From Octopus sinensis (taxonomy: Eukaryota), in assembly GCF_006345805.1 (NCBI RefSeq), contig NC_043008.1:70370001-70434000 (forward strand): a stretch of 64,000 bases of DNA. The letters are read 5' to 3'. Below are positions 38,263 to 50,270 of this stretch, one piece after another. The position numbers and the translations under genes were made by a program. Each line of letters starts with the position of its first letter. The stretch's first letter is position 1. The notes under the pieces are model-generated. The model made no database searches. It had not been told where the DNA came from and saw only the letters and a program-made list of their open reading frames with translations.

Positions 38263-39479
38263 ACTTGTCCAAAATCTCAGAAAAGTGAGATGACAATAGC
38301 TTTTGACGGCAATAGTGTACAGAAGGAAATATCCTTGAGAAAAGGCATGATGGTCATGGTCGGAATAACTCTGATCTCGGCTTTATTGTATTAGAGTTGA
38401 CCTAAGATTAAACAAGAAGAATATACAATGGAACTGATAAATTAAAATGACTGAGAACTTCATTAAATTCATTTAGCAATATTTACTTTTTGTGCTTTAG
38501 AATTCAAATCCTGTTGGAGTCAACTTTTACTTTTATTTCTCAGGGTCTCTTAGTGTAAGTACCAGTAATATATACTGGGAGTCAATTTACTCAATTCAGG
38601 TGAAAATAAATTATTAAAGATCACATGTGATGTAGTTACTGTTGTCGTTGTTTTGCCCCAGGTCAGGTCCAGTCCAGCAAGATTATAATTAGAGCCACTC
38701 TACCTATGACCAGCTCTACATTTTTGTACATTATGGAAAGTATTTTCCATTCCAGTATATCCTCTCCTTCATTTTTTTCAAAGACGACAGTATATTATTT
38801 TTAGCAAGTGATAGGGCATTGGTGTTGTTGATGGCAGTGGTGGTGTAGTTTTGATTACAGCTGGAGGTGGTGTTGGTGCCAGTGTGGTTGTTGCTATTGA
38901 TGGTAGTGGTGATGGTGTTAGTGTTAGTATTGTTGATGATTGTTGAGATAGTGATGATGCTGATGATGATAGTGTTCTTGGTAGTTGTTGTTGGTAAGGC
39001 AGTGGGGATGCTGGGGGGGGGGGGGGGGTTATTGTTGTGATGTTCTATCAGACATCTAATTGCTGAGGTGCCATTGTGTCTAATGATCACATTTAAATAT
39101 TTGTTTAGTTCTTATTGCAAATGATTATTATTATCATTATTAGCATTGTTGTTGTTGATGTTGTTATAAGAGTGACAGGAAATCACCTTTTGTTTTCTTT
39201 CTCATTCTTGGGAGAAAGCAGCAGCAACAACAACAACAGTGTTGATGTGTCTTGGTGTGGTTCTATGTGAAAGAAACGTTATCAGAATTGTGCTAGATTC
39301 TTCAGATCAGACACCATTCCTCGTCCCAAGCTGTTGTGGAAAGATGATCTTGTAGATTATATGATAGAAGAACAAACATCTACTGAGACATTGGATTAGA
39401 CACACATCACGCACATATTTTCACATATATACACTCTTGCATGTGTGTGTGTGTTTGTATACAGCTATGAGTAAATAAT

Positions 39480-39521
39480 ATATCTTTACATATATAAATA
39501 ATATGTATGTTTGTGTGCATG

Positions 39522-39554
<33 letters not shown>

Positions 39555-39925
39555 GTATGTTTGTGCATATATATATATATATATATATGTTTGTGCACAT
39601 ATATATGTATATATGTATATATATGTGTGTATATTTGTATATATATGTGTATGTATATATATATGTATGTATGCATGTATATATGTGTGTGTGTATGTAT
39701 ATATATGTGTATGTATGTATATATGTATGTATGTATATATGTATGTATGTATGCATATATATATGCATATTTGTGTATGTATGTATGCATGTATATAAGT
39801 ATGTATGTGTATGTGTCTATATATATATATATGTGTGTGTGCGCATATGTCTGTATGTGTGTGTGTAGTATATTTATATATATGTGTATATGTATGTATA
39901 TGCATGTATGTGTATATATATAGAA
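39480..39925. repeat. Degenerate (TA/TG/TATG)n tract
   Basis: Direct reading; source of six spurious ORFs. Confidence 0.95.
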
Positions 39926-40182
39926 GAGATGAAAGAATATTTGCGTATCTATTCTTAACACATCCATGCAGGTTCAGACACTAAATGTGTTAGGTGCTGT
40001 AGTGTTTGTCTTAAGAGAATATGTCCTCCTTTTTACTACAACAGAGTAGGTTAAAGAAGAAGTTATTCTTCTAAGACATACACTATAGCACCCAACATAT
40101 TTTGCATCTGAAAATGCTAAAATGTGTTAAGGATAAATACACAAATAACAATTTATATATAAATATATGTGGTGTGAATACA

Positions 40183-41367
40183 TCTATATTTATAAAATAG
40201 AGTTTGTGTGTGTGTGTGTATGTGTGTTCCTTATGGATTCGAAAACTGAGTTGCCGATTTTGACAAATGAGGTATCAAAAGATTCAATAAACTTTCAGCA
40301 ACCAATGAAGTATGTTTTTGTACAACAGTTCATTTTACTACAAAAATAACCTCAAAAATGAGGTAGGGTCGCACAATTTTGAGGTCATTTAGGGGCAATA
40401 TTTAAATTTACTTCTAATTTACATTGCCAATTTTAATGTTTTTAGTGTCAAAGAATGCAACAATGTACAAGGAGTGTTATGAGTGCATGTGTGATGCACA
40501 AAACCATATTTGTCAGTGGAAAATGACCAAAAAACATACTTTTTAGAACAATTATTGGCACATTTTCTGTCAATAATGGCCTTTGTGCCACAACTAAACT
40601 GCCAATGTGAACATCTTCAGTATTACATAAATAATGTCTTTGAAGTATTGTGATTCCATTTCTTTGCACAAAGCCCTATTTTTCAATAGAAAATTGATTA
40701 ATGAACTGTGTTCTGGTATTACTATTGAAAATAATTTGTCCATGTAGATTATTTTTTTGGTAGAAAACGATTCAGAAATGCCAAAGGAACATTCTCGGGT
40801 TCAAATTCAATAAAATTTTCCCAAGGATTAGGCACCGCAAGAGCCTATTTTCATTCAAGTATGGTTAAGATGTAAAGCAATGACTAAAACCTTTCAAGCT
40901 TTTTTTGCCTTTAACATTTTCCTCTTTATTCAACCCAATTTATGCAAAGTTATTTGTCGTTATTAGTATATATTCATGCCTATTATTCATTCCATGAGCT
41001 GCAAAGTTTGTAAGGAATTTGCTACAATCTCACTATTTTTCACAGTGGTTATGCATGTACTATAATGTGAGTGCTGCGATGAAAACAAATGTCTGACCTA
41101 ATAACCTCAGTAAAGACAACAACACTGTGCATCTATGTGAGGGCAAATTAAAGTTGCATACACACGGGTCCATCCACAGTGCATGTCCCTTCATTGGTCA
41201 GGATTCATACCGTGTTCACTGATTGGTACAATTTCAAATCAATTTTTCCTCATCAGAGATATGTACTGCAATACCAGTTGGTCATGGTGTTATTGTTATC
41301 AACAACTTGATATATATAGATATACAATACAATGTCAATGTAGGGCAATGCCAGGGTGCATAGCTAG
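40183..41367 (+). mobile_element. Non-autonomous Helitron-like element 2 (about 1.2 kb, old)
   Basis: A|TCTATATTTATAAAATAGAG(TG)n 5' end; 3' GGGCAATGCCAGGG...GCTAG (41364-41367). The base after CTAG is G, not T, and the interior is unverified. Confidence 0.5.
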
Positions 41368-41917
41368 GATATATATATGTAAAGTAAGCACATGGCTTAG
41401 TAGTTTGGGTATTCAGCTTACGATTGTAAGGTTGTGAGTTCAGTTCATGGTGGTGTGTTGTGTCCTTGAGCAAGACACTTTACTCCATGTTGTTTTGATA
41501 ACGTTTTCATTTTTAGTTTCTGAGAGCAGGATCTAAAAAAGGTGTTTGTCTGATGCTTTTCCCACCAGATGCATTTCAAGGTCAGTAAAATGGGCACCAA
41601 TCCAGAATGGTACATTGGCAGAAGTATAAGAACATTGGAATGGATACCTTGTGGTATTAGTCCTGACTCTTTTGTGTTCTTATTTCAAATCTTGTTGTAG
41701 CCTGACTGATGGAGGACTTAATTCATTTCCCCAGTTTAACACAATTACTTGGTACCTTGCCCACCTTTAGTAGAGAGGTCAGCAATGTTGCACGATGTAA
41801 AAGGTCAGATCTTTGTTTGAGGATACATTTCCCCTTCCTTTCCACCAATCCTAGTAGTTCTATAAAGGGTCATTGGTGCTGCCTTTTTACTTGACTGAAA
41901 GATGAAAATAAATAACT

Positions 41918-42087
41918 AGGCACAGGTGTGAGTGTGTGGTAAGAAGCTTGCTTCCCAACCACATGGTTCTGGGTTCAGTCCCACTGTGTGATACCTTGGG
42001 CAAGTATCTTCTATTATAGCCTTAGGCTGACCAAGGCCTTGTGAGTGCATTTGGTTGATGGAAACTGAAAGAAGCCCATCATATGTA

Positions 42088-42133
<46 letters not shown>

Positions 42134-42905
42134 AATTAAGGACTGCACACGAAAAGTATAAATATAAATATTTGTTCTCTAACCGATAAATTAACTGCTG
42201 CTAACTATTAGCTGCAGGCTAATTTTCTCGGGTCTCATCGCGCCAAAAGTGGTGGCATTTGAAATATATATTTCACATGTAATAGGCCGGACTCCATGCA
42301 CACGATATTTTGGTGTCGTGTTGGCATTTAGTCCAGCAAATTACATTTTATATGGGACCATGCTGATGATGCTGCACTTTTCCTTGCGGAAAATAACAGC
42401 TGAAACTAAATTTAGTACATGGGTAAATATTTATTTCGTATATTTTTCACTTGTTTATTGCTTTGGTTTTGTTGAGTTTGATCTGAGAACATAAACTTTT
42501 TTGTGGAGAATGGCGATTTGACGTCTATATCTAGCATGTTGACTGTCCACTTTTCGTGTGCAGTCCTTAATTGGTATATATAAATATTTTAATCTTCGGA
42601 TTCTTTTTTAATATGCTAGACCACTGGTTCTAATTGATAAATATCAATTTTTACCCTAAATTTAATTATATATATATATATATTTGTATGCGTGTGTCTG
42701 TTTGTCTCCCCATCATCACTTGACAACTGATGTTAGTATGTTTATGACCCATAATTTAGCAGTTCAGCAAAGGAAACCAAATTGAATAGGTATCAGGTTT
42801 ACAAAAAATAAGTGCTGAGGTTGATTTCTTTGTCTAAAATCCTTTAAAGCAGTGCTCCAACATGACCACAGTCAAATGGCTGAAACAAGTAAAAGAATAA
42901 AAGAA
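41918..42905 (+). mobile_element. Full SINE-A split by an insertion in its internal (TA)n
   Basis: 5' half 41918-42085; 3' half about 42665-42905, ending GAAACAAGTAAAAGAATAAAAGAA. Confidence 0.85.
42132..42574. mobile_element. 443-bp non-autonomous DNA transposon with perfect 26-bp TIRs, TA-flanked
   Basis: TA|CCAATTAAGGACTGCACACGAAAAGT ... ACTTTTCGTGTGCAGTCCTTAATTGG|TA; about 13 CpGs retained. Confidence 0.9.
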
Positions 42906-42954
42906 CTGGAGTGCAGGTGATATGTACAAGTGACACGTCTGTGCCGGAGACACA

Positions 42955-43115
42955 TTAAAGGCACCTGGTACATTTTGTGGAGTGGTTGGTGTTAGGAAGA
43001 GCATCCAGCTGTAGAAACCAAGCCAAATAAAACTGGAGCCTGGATCAGCACTCTGGCTTACCAGTTCCTGTCAAACTGCCTGACCTATGCCAGAATAGAA
43101 AATTGATGCTAAATG
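42955..43115 (+). mobile_element. RTE 3' tail fragment
   Basis: GGAGTGGTTGGTGTTAGGAAGAGCATCCAGCTGTAGAAAC matches 29905-29945. Confidence 0.8.
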
Positions 43116-43439
43116 ATGATAAATTGGAGTCAACCAAATTTTGTTCTGTAGACTGTACATAGTCTAGATTCATGCAGATGTTTACTCTAGCTGCTACAGT
43201 GCCAACTTGTCTCAATGGCAGTAATAGGTAGTGTGTGAAGCACAGTAGCTGCAAGATTAAGGTGCTGACTTTCTCATAAAAGGGCCAAAAACTGCATATC
43301 TTATTGCAGTGATCTGGCTTAAATTAAGAACAAAACTGGGTGGTGCTGGGCTCCATTCCTACCTAATAGCTGGCCTGGGGTAGAATGGTCAAAGGCGTTT
43401 CAGGCATGACCATCTTGTCATTTCATATACAAGAGACTG

Positions 43440-43626
43440 TGGCACGTAAAAAGCACCCACTACACTCATGGAGTGGTTGGCATTAGGAAGGGCATCCAGC
43501 CATAGAAACACTGCCAAATCTGACTGGGCCTGATGAAGCCTTCCGGCTTCACAGACCCCAGTTAAACCGTCCAACCCATGCTAGCATGGAAAACGGACGC
43601 TAAATGATGATGATGATGATGATGAT
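43440..43626 (+). mobile_element. RTE 3' tail fragment with (GAT)n
   Basis: GGCACGTAAAAAGCACCCACTACACTC...CCAACCCATGCTAGCATGGAAAACGGACGCTAAATGATGATG. Confidence 0.9.
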
Positions 43627-44099
43627 TTCTTTGAGATGATACTTTGTGACTTGTGAGAGATTTGGTAGCTATTTCTAGTATGTAGAGAGTCAATAATAGC
43701 ATCTACATGTTTGCTGCCGATAAGAGAAAAAGAGAGAGACAGAGAGAAATAATGACTGATGAATGGTTGAGATGACAGTTGTAAGGAGGTGCTGGATGTC
43801 AGTAAAAGAGGAGAAAGAGAGAGGGAGTGATTGCTGGCATTACAGGGAAGTGAGGGAGTATTTACATAATTACTAGTAAAGCAAGAGGATAAATGGAGGG
43901 CGTGTATTGGATATTGATAGATGCAATACAACATTTCATTACTCATGCATCATGATTTTAGAGATATGAGTAAAGGAGTTTTGGTAGTGTCACTGAGTAC
44001 TTTTTCTTCCACTCATTAATTTATTATAACTAATACATGTATGTATAAATGTGATATATATATATATGCATGCGTGTGTGTGTGTATAATCATCATTAT

Positions 44100-45660
44100 G
44101 GTAGAATGCAATCCAACTCCGGTGAGATACAAAAAAGCTAAAATGGATAGGAATCTCAGCTAGACTCTCACTGGCAAGGAACAAAGACACAAATTCATAA
44201 AAGAAAGAAGGTAGCAACAGTGGGTCGGATGAAGTTGGAATTTAGCTGGTGGAGAAATAGATAAATTATTTAATATAATTAGAAAATGGAACAGAATAAT
44301 TAAGCTCAGTCTACTTATGGACAACACTACTTCAGAGGTGGTCTGCCAATAATTTGTCCTAATCAGGACTAAAAGGTGAGAAAAGGAAGTTTCTAGAAGG
44401 CCTTCTTGCCTCAAAAGCAAATTGCAACATGGGTGGTGAGATTAATGGACATGATGAGCGATGCTAATCTAATGTAATCATAGGTTATTGATATGGTACA
44501 AGAAATGAAGATCAAAGCCCTTGGAGTTCTTTAACAAAGCAACCTATCTGCAACACTAACTTCAGGAAACTGGTCAACTATTTCAATATGACAAAATGAG
44601 AACCCACGAGCCAGGTTGACTTCATTTCTATCTGGAAATAAGACAGACAATTTGTGAATATTAACCCCTTTTGTTACCATGTTTCGATTGAAATATACTA
44701 CCTTGTTTCAATTAATTCTTAAAATAATGAAGAATTTGGTCAAATAACTTTGTCATTATTTAGCTGCCCTGTTGGAAGAAATTATCATATTTTGATAGAA
44801 GTTCTTAATTTAGATCACCTTTAAGAATAAAGCTTTTATCATAGAACCAGCGGTGATTTCAGGTGGTTTGGTATCAAGTGTTAAGCCTTTCGCTGGTGAA
44901 AAATGTACTCATCAACATAAACTAGTGATCAGGGATCTCTTAATAAGAAGTCATTGATACACAAACTCAGGGATACGAGACGATCTAAAGAACAAAAGTG
45001 TGAAAGTTGCCAAATCCATTGGCTTGTCATAGGTTCAAAGAAATACTAACTTAGGCTTATGCTGAGGTGGAAGAAGCATTAAATACTTATGTTAGAGAGA
45101 ATAACTGGGAGTTTTTGAGGGAACCTATAACAAGCCATAGATTAGACCTGTGGATGGGAGGTACTATAAATAAAGCCATAAATGCTAAGAGAAAGCTTAT
45201 AAAGATTGGAAGAGAGTAGGCAAATAACGAACAATATTATGTAACTGGAAGAAATTTTAGGTGTCTGGTAAAGGTAAGGTATTTGCCAATGTTCTGTGAC
45301 AAAGGGATCACAGATGTAAAGTGTTTTGAATTGGAAAGCAGTGTCAGCACAGATCAAGATATTTTTGAGTTAAACTGTGTATGAAATTACAGAGGTGCAC
45401 TTGATTTCACTGATTCTGGGATTAATGTGGTATATAAATTTTACTTTGTGAGATTATTGAATGGAAAGAATGTAAGAGAGAGAGTGAGAATGTTCAACAG
45501 AGAGAACAAGCCACTATACTTAATATTCACTGACCCGGTGAAAGTCTTTGATAGAGTACCATGCTGAAAAATCTGTTAGTCACAAAGAAAGCTAAATAGG
45601 AATGAATGGTTAGTGAAAGACATGCAAGCTATGTAAAAAAATGCTACTATCAAGGTCTAC
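44100..45660 (+). mobile_element. Heavily decayed RTE LINE (endonuclease to RT domain 2), interrupted by a TTAA MITE
   Basis: Broken frames resemble the RTE endonuclease (GKEQRHKF..VGI.LVEK; INGH; ICNTNFRK) and RT (ENKPLYLIFTD..KVFDRVP). Confidence 0.65.
44665..44880. mobile_element. TTAA-flanked (piggyBac-like) MITE
   Basis: TTAA|CCCCTTTTGTTACCA...TGGTATCAAGTG|TTAA (44661-44664, 44881-44884); sister copy at 7342-7558. Confidence 0.65.
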
Positions 45661-45826
45661 ATGTCCCACTGTCCACTCATTTCTTGTGTGTACATGTTCT
45701 ACTGTTCACTTTCATCATATGTCCATATATCTGTCGACTCTGTCATCATATGTTGGCATGACCTACAGACCACATTGTTAATATGTCAACCTATGTTTCA
45801 TTTTATAAGATGGCTAGCTATGAGAA

Positions 45827-45895
45827 AGCTGTTATGTTTAGCAATATGGGAGCTGTTATGTTTAGCAATATGGGAGCTGTTATGTTTAGCAATAT
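45827..45895. repeat. Perfect 24-bp tandem repeat x2.9 (AGCTGTTATGTTTAGCAATATGGG)
   Basis: Units start at 45827, 45851 and 45875. Confidence 0.95.
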
Positions 45896-47059
45896 TCCAC
45901 GTTCATATAGTTCACATTTGAAACATTTTAGGGGAATTTTGGTAAGGGATTTACCTGCCAAACCAAGCAGTTGTGACTACATCACAAAAGCTCACATATT
46001 TGTTTGTTGTTGTTGCTTTCTCTTCTTTCTATTGTTGTTGCTCAATAGTCACAGTCTGGTCTGCACACAAACAGTTCCTATAACAGTTTGGTAACTAAGT
46101 GAATATTTCACAGACATTTCATAAATCAAAACTCTACTTTTTTAAGCGAACATAAAAGAAAAGAATCAATGTAAAAAAAAAATTTTTATTAATTTTTTAT
46201 TTTTATATTTCAAAGAAAAGACGTAAAACCCTTTAACAATTTTTCTTTGTTCAATAAATAAATTTAGAGAAGTGGGGAGAGGGGGTTGGTGGCGATGGAG
46301 TTCCACAACAATCGCAGCAGCAATAAATAAATAAATGATAATTTATTTTGTTAGAAATGTTCCAACGTCAAAGATTTTCTTTTGAAATTCAACCACGCCA
46401 TATTTCTGATAATAAGGTCTGTTAGGCCCGCCCAGACCTTTCTTTGCCATTTTCCAAAACTCCACCAGGTCTTCAAGTGTGTATGTGTGTGTGTGAGTGT
46501 GTGTATGTGTTTATACATGCTTGTGTATGCAAGTATGTGATTCTTGCTTTTCTGTTTGTTTTTGGTTGTTCCAGCAACATTGCACTCCATATATCTATGC
46601 ATACGTGTGGTACAGGGGAAAATATGTTAGCCTCATAACTGATTAGATCATAGGGACAGCAAGAAAGACTTTCTCTTCCTCTCATATAACTGGGATGAAC
46701 AACACAATCACTACTCATTATTTTTCTAGTAGAAACATTCTAATTGGTAAGAATTTAGACTCAGCTTATGAGTTAATATTTTCCTTTCCTATAAAATAAT
46801 CTATTTTGTCTTGCAAAATCTGAGATGTATTTTTCTTGTAAAAAAAAAGTTTAAGTGTGGCTGTGTGATAAGATGCTTGCTGCCCAACCACATGGTGCTG
46901 TGTTCTGTCCCGGTGTGTGGCACCTTGGGCACACACACACACCCTTATACATATGAGATATGGGAAATCGATTTTCTCAAAGTATCTACTACCTAGAGGT
47001 AGAAGGTAATTTCTGTTACCTTGATAATCTAATCAGTCATTGAGGAGGATATTCTGAAA

Positions 47060-47390
47060 GTGTATTTGCTAGAATAAAAAGAGAATGGAGAGAATTCAGA
47101 GAGCTATTACCCCTGCTGGCAACAACAAGTTTCTCTTTAAGGAAAAAGAAGCTTGTATGATGCTTGTATATGAACTGCAATGCTACATGTAGTGAGACAT
47201 GGACCCTGAATGTAGATGAGATGACAGGCAAAGACAAGGGAAGAATGAAGCCATTATTCTCTATTGGACATGTGATGCCAGTGTGCATGTATGACAAGGT
47301 GCTTATGTACTGAGAGAAAAATGATACATGAGAGGAAAATCATCTGAAGGAAATATATAAGACAATGTAGTCTCTTGTATACAAAATGAC
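47060..47390 (+). mobile_element. RTE LINE C-terminal relic
   Basis: WREFRELLPLLATTSFSL..LYDAC..TAMLH.SETW, homologous to the 29040-29190 region. Confidence 0.75.
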
Positions 47391-47469
47391 AAGATGGTTA
47401 TACCTGGAACCCCTATTGCCACCACCACTAGCATCTTATCCTCTAATCCCCCATCACTTCTCTATCTAT

Positions 47470-48030
47470 GTTACTACTCAGCTGCTGCAATCACCTGAGA
47501 GCTGAATAAGTACACATCACATGCCCTTCTTTTCAGTTACCCCCACCTCTGGAATCACTCCCATTTCTCATTATCATCCCTGTTCACATTATCTCCTCCA
47601 ATCACCTCCTTTCTGTGTCTTCAACTGTCTTGCTCTCTCTCTCTCTCTCTCCTGTTGTACTCCATTCTTAACATTGCTATTGCTCTCACTGCCCTCTCCT
47701 ATCTACCACCACCACCCATTTACCATGGTCTTCTTAAGCCACTCATATATCTCTCACTATTACTTTCTACATTCACCTACCCCCTGCTCTCTAACCATCG
47801 CTCTTCACACTATTATGAAACTTCTCCTCCTATCCTACCCTCATGATCCATTTTCTGCATCTTCCCTTACACCTACCTTGTATCTTCAGATGCTCCAGCA
47901 TCCCACCACCACATCTGTCTTCTTTCCAGCTACTTCCACACAACCTTATATAATATGGGGGTGGCCTTGTGTCTTCATTGCAAGACACCTGGGCATGCTC
48001 CACCATCTCAGTGTAGCCCTCTAAGCCTGC
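47470..48030 (-). mobile_element. Decayed RTE-like endonuclease relic
   Basis: Purine-rich minus strand with G..EMVE and QGRCKG (QEVRWRG-like) remnants; inference. Confidence 0.4.
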
Positions 48031-48379
48031 ATAGAAACATGGTTCCTCCTCTCCTTTCTCCACTACTAATCTTCCTCTGTTTAATCAAGAAAGCTGCTTT
48101 TTTCCTTTTTATCATTTTTTTGCTTCTGTTCCTTTCCCCATATTTTGTTTCTTCCTATTCTTATGTTACAAGTTACTTGGCAACCAGCCTAACTAGTGCT
48201 TGTGTCATAAGCACTTAGTATACTTTGTAACTTGGTTGGTGTCAGGAAGGGTATCCAGCCATAGAAAACATGCTAAAGCTGACTTTGGGTCTTGATGTTG
48301 CCCTATGGCTCACTGGATCCTGTTAAACCATCCAATCCATGCCAGCATAGAAAATGAATATTAAATAATGATGATGTTC

Positions 48380-48424
<45 letters not shown>

Positions 48425-48827
48425 AAGGCTTCATTCTTTTTCTTTCTGTCTACCAGATCCATCCAGAATGTGTGATATTTTGAGCAAGTTTCTTTATCAC
48501 AGACTCATGTCAACCCATGCCTTCTGAGTTAAACTGGGTGTTTGGAAACTGTGTAGAAGCCTATTGGATGGACTGTCCATGTAATTTAAAGGCCCTTCCA
48601 TGTCACACTGTTTTTGCTTTGGAATTATATTAAGAATACATGTGTGCATGTCTGTGTGGAAAACTCATGGCTTACCCAATAATTTGATTTAACAAACAGG
48701 AATGTCTAAATCAACAAATCAGTGGTACTCAATTATATAAGATTTTATTGCTAAAATTTATCTGCAAGAAATTCATTGTACTTCTACAATACACAAAATA
48801 ACTTAATGTCTTATATACAGTTCCTGT

Positions 48828-49147
48828 GAAGGTACATGACTTAGTGGTTAGGGTATTCAGCTCATGATCATAAGGTTATGAGTTCAATTCCTGGTGACAC
48901 ATTGTGTCCTTGAGCAAGACACTTTATTTCACATTTCTCCAGTCCACTCAGTTAGCAGAAATGAGTCATATCTGTATTCAAAAGATTAACCATGTCACGT
49001 TCTGTGTCATGCTGAATCTCCCTGAGAACTACACTAAAACTACACATGTCTGTGGAGTGCTCAGCCACATGCATGTTAATTTCATGAGCAGGCTGTTCCA
49101 TTGATCAGATCAACTGGAACTCTTGTCATCATAAGTAACAGAGTGAC
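48828..49147 (+). mobile_element. SINE family D (tRNA-derived); partial sister copy at 41388-41490
   Basis: Box A TGACTTAGTGG, box B GAGTTCAATTCC, TGTGTCCTTGAGCAAGACACTT and CCAGTCCACTCAG central blocks. Confidence 0.8.
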
Positions 49148-50061
49148 AGAATATACAGTTCTTAATGAATTTAATTGTAAAAATATATGATTTCTTTAAA
49201 CATCAAATGGCAAGGAGAGTCCACTTGAGCAAAATAAGAATCAAAATGGTCCATAGGTTAAAATGTAGTTGGGAATCACTGATCTAGATAATTGAACAAT
49301 TGAACGCACATTATTGAAACAGAAGGAGGAATCCCTTTCTACTGCTCCTCCTCATTATTTATCATCCTCTCCTATACTGGCATGATTTAGAAAGTTTGAC
49401 AGGTCAAAGGACAGCATCATGCTTTCTATGGCTGGATATCCTTCTTTATTGCCAGCCACTTTACAACATGTACTGAGTGTTTTTTGCATGATCCCAGCAG
49501 AAGAGAGGTCACTATGCAGCTTACAAATCGTTTATCAAATGAGTAAGGTTGCAGTGGAGAGGGAAGTGGCTTTATCTAGGAAATGATTGGTTAAAGTATG
49601 AGTGAAGGAACCAGAGCAAGTTTCTTGCTGTAGAGAGTAGGCAAGTCTACAGTTATTATAGAAGAGTGGGTACAAGTTACTGAAGATGACATTTTACATT
49701 CTGAGTTCAAATTCTACTGAAACTGATTTTGTCTTTCCATTTCACTGCAGTAAAATAAAGTACCAGTAATACACTGATCACCAGCCCAGTCAGTGATGTT
49801 CCACTCTGACATTTTTGTTAGAAACTTATTCATCAAAATCAAAAAGGAGCTATAGAGTTGGCTCGATGGTGTGAATTATGTCCCTTTTCACTTGTATTCC
49901 CATTGAGTTCAAACTCTCCTGAGGTTAACACTGCATTTTGACATGCTCCTCAGGTCAGTAAATACCGTGATGTAATAGGGTCAATCCAGTTCACTATACC
50001 TCCAACTCTTGATCTTTATTTGTCTTGTTTCCCTGAAGTTTATTGTTAATTACAAGCAAAG

Positions 50062-50270
50062 CAGGGAGCTGGCAAAATTGTTAGCATGTCAAACAAAATG
50101 CTTAGCAACATTTCATCTAGCTCTTTACATACTGAGTTTAAATTCCATTGAGGTCAGCTTTGCTTCTCGTCGTTTTGGGATCAATAAAATAGTCAAGAAC
50201 TGGGGGTCAGTGTAATCAACCAAACCCTTCCCCTTAAAATTGCTGGTATTGTACTAAAATCTAAAATCAT
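50062..50270 (+). mobile_element. SINE family B
   Basis: GGGAGCTGGCAAAATTGTTAGCATG...GAGGTCAGCTTTGC...CTGGGGGTCAGTGTAATC. Confidence 0.8.

Noticed and set aside
38731-39090. 119-aa Thr/Asn-rich mucin-like ORF
   Set aside because: Degenerate (GTT/GAT/GGT)n repeat read on the minus strand.
39305-39400. PRPKLLWKDD as an Ig C-strand exon
   Set aside because: It fits the RTE LINE C-terminal RP..W.DD motif better; no donor and flanked by stops.
42249-42494. 81-aa ORF inside the TIR element as a transposase
   Set aside because: Too short, GTG start, no DDE or HTH motif recognised.
47521-48024. 167-aa Ser/Pro/Leu-rich ORF on +
   Set aside because: Pyrimidine-rich antisense of a probable decayed RTE endonuclease region.
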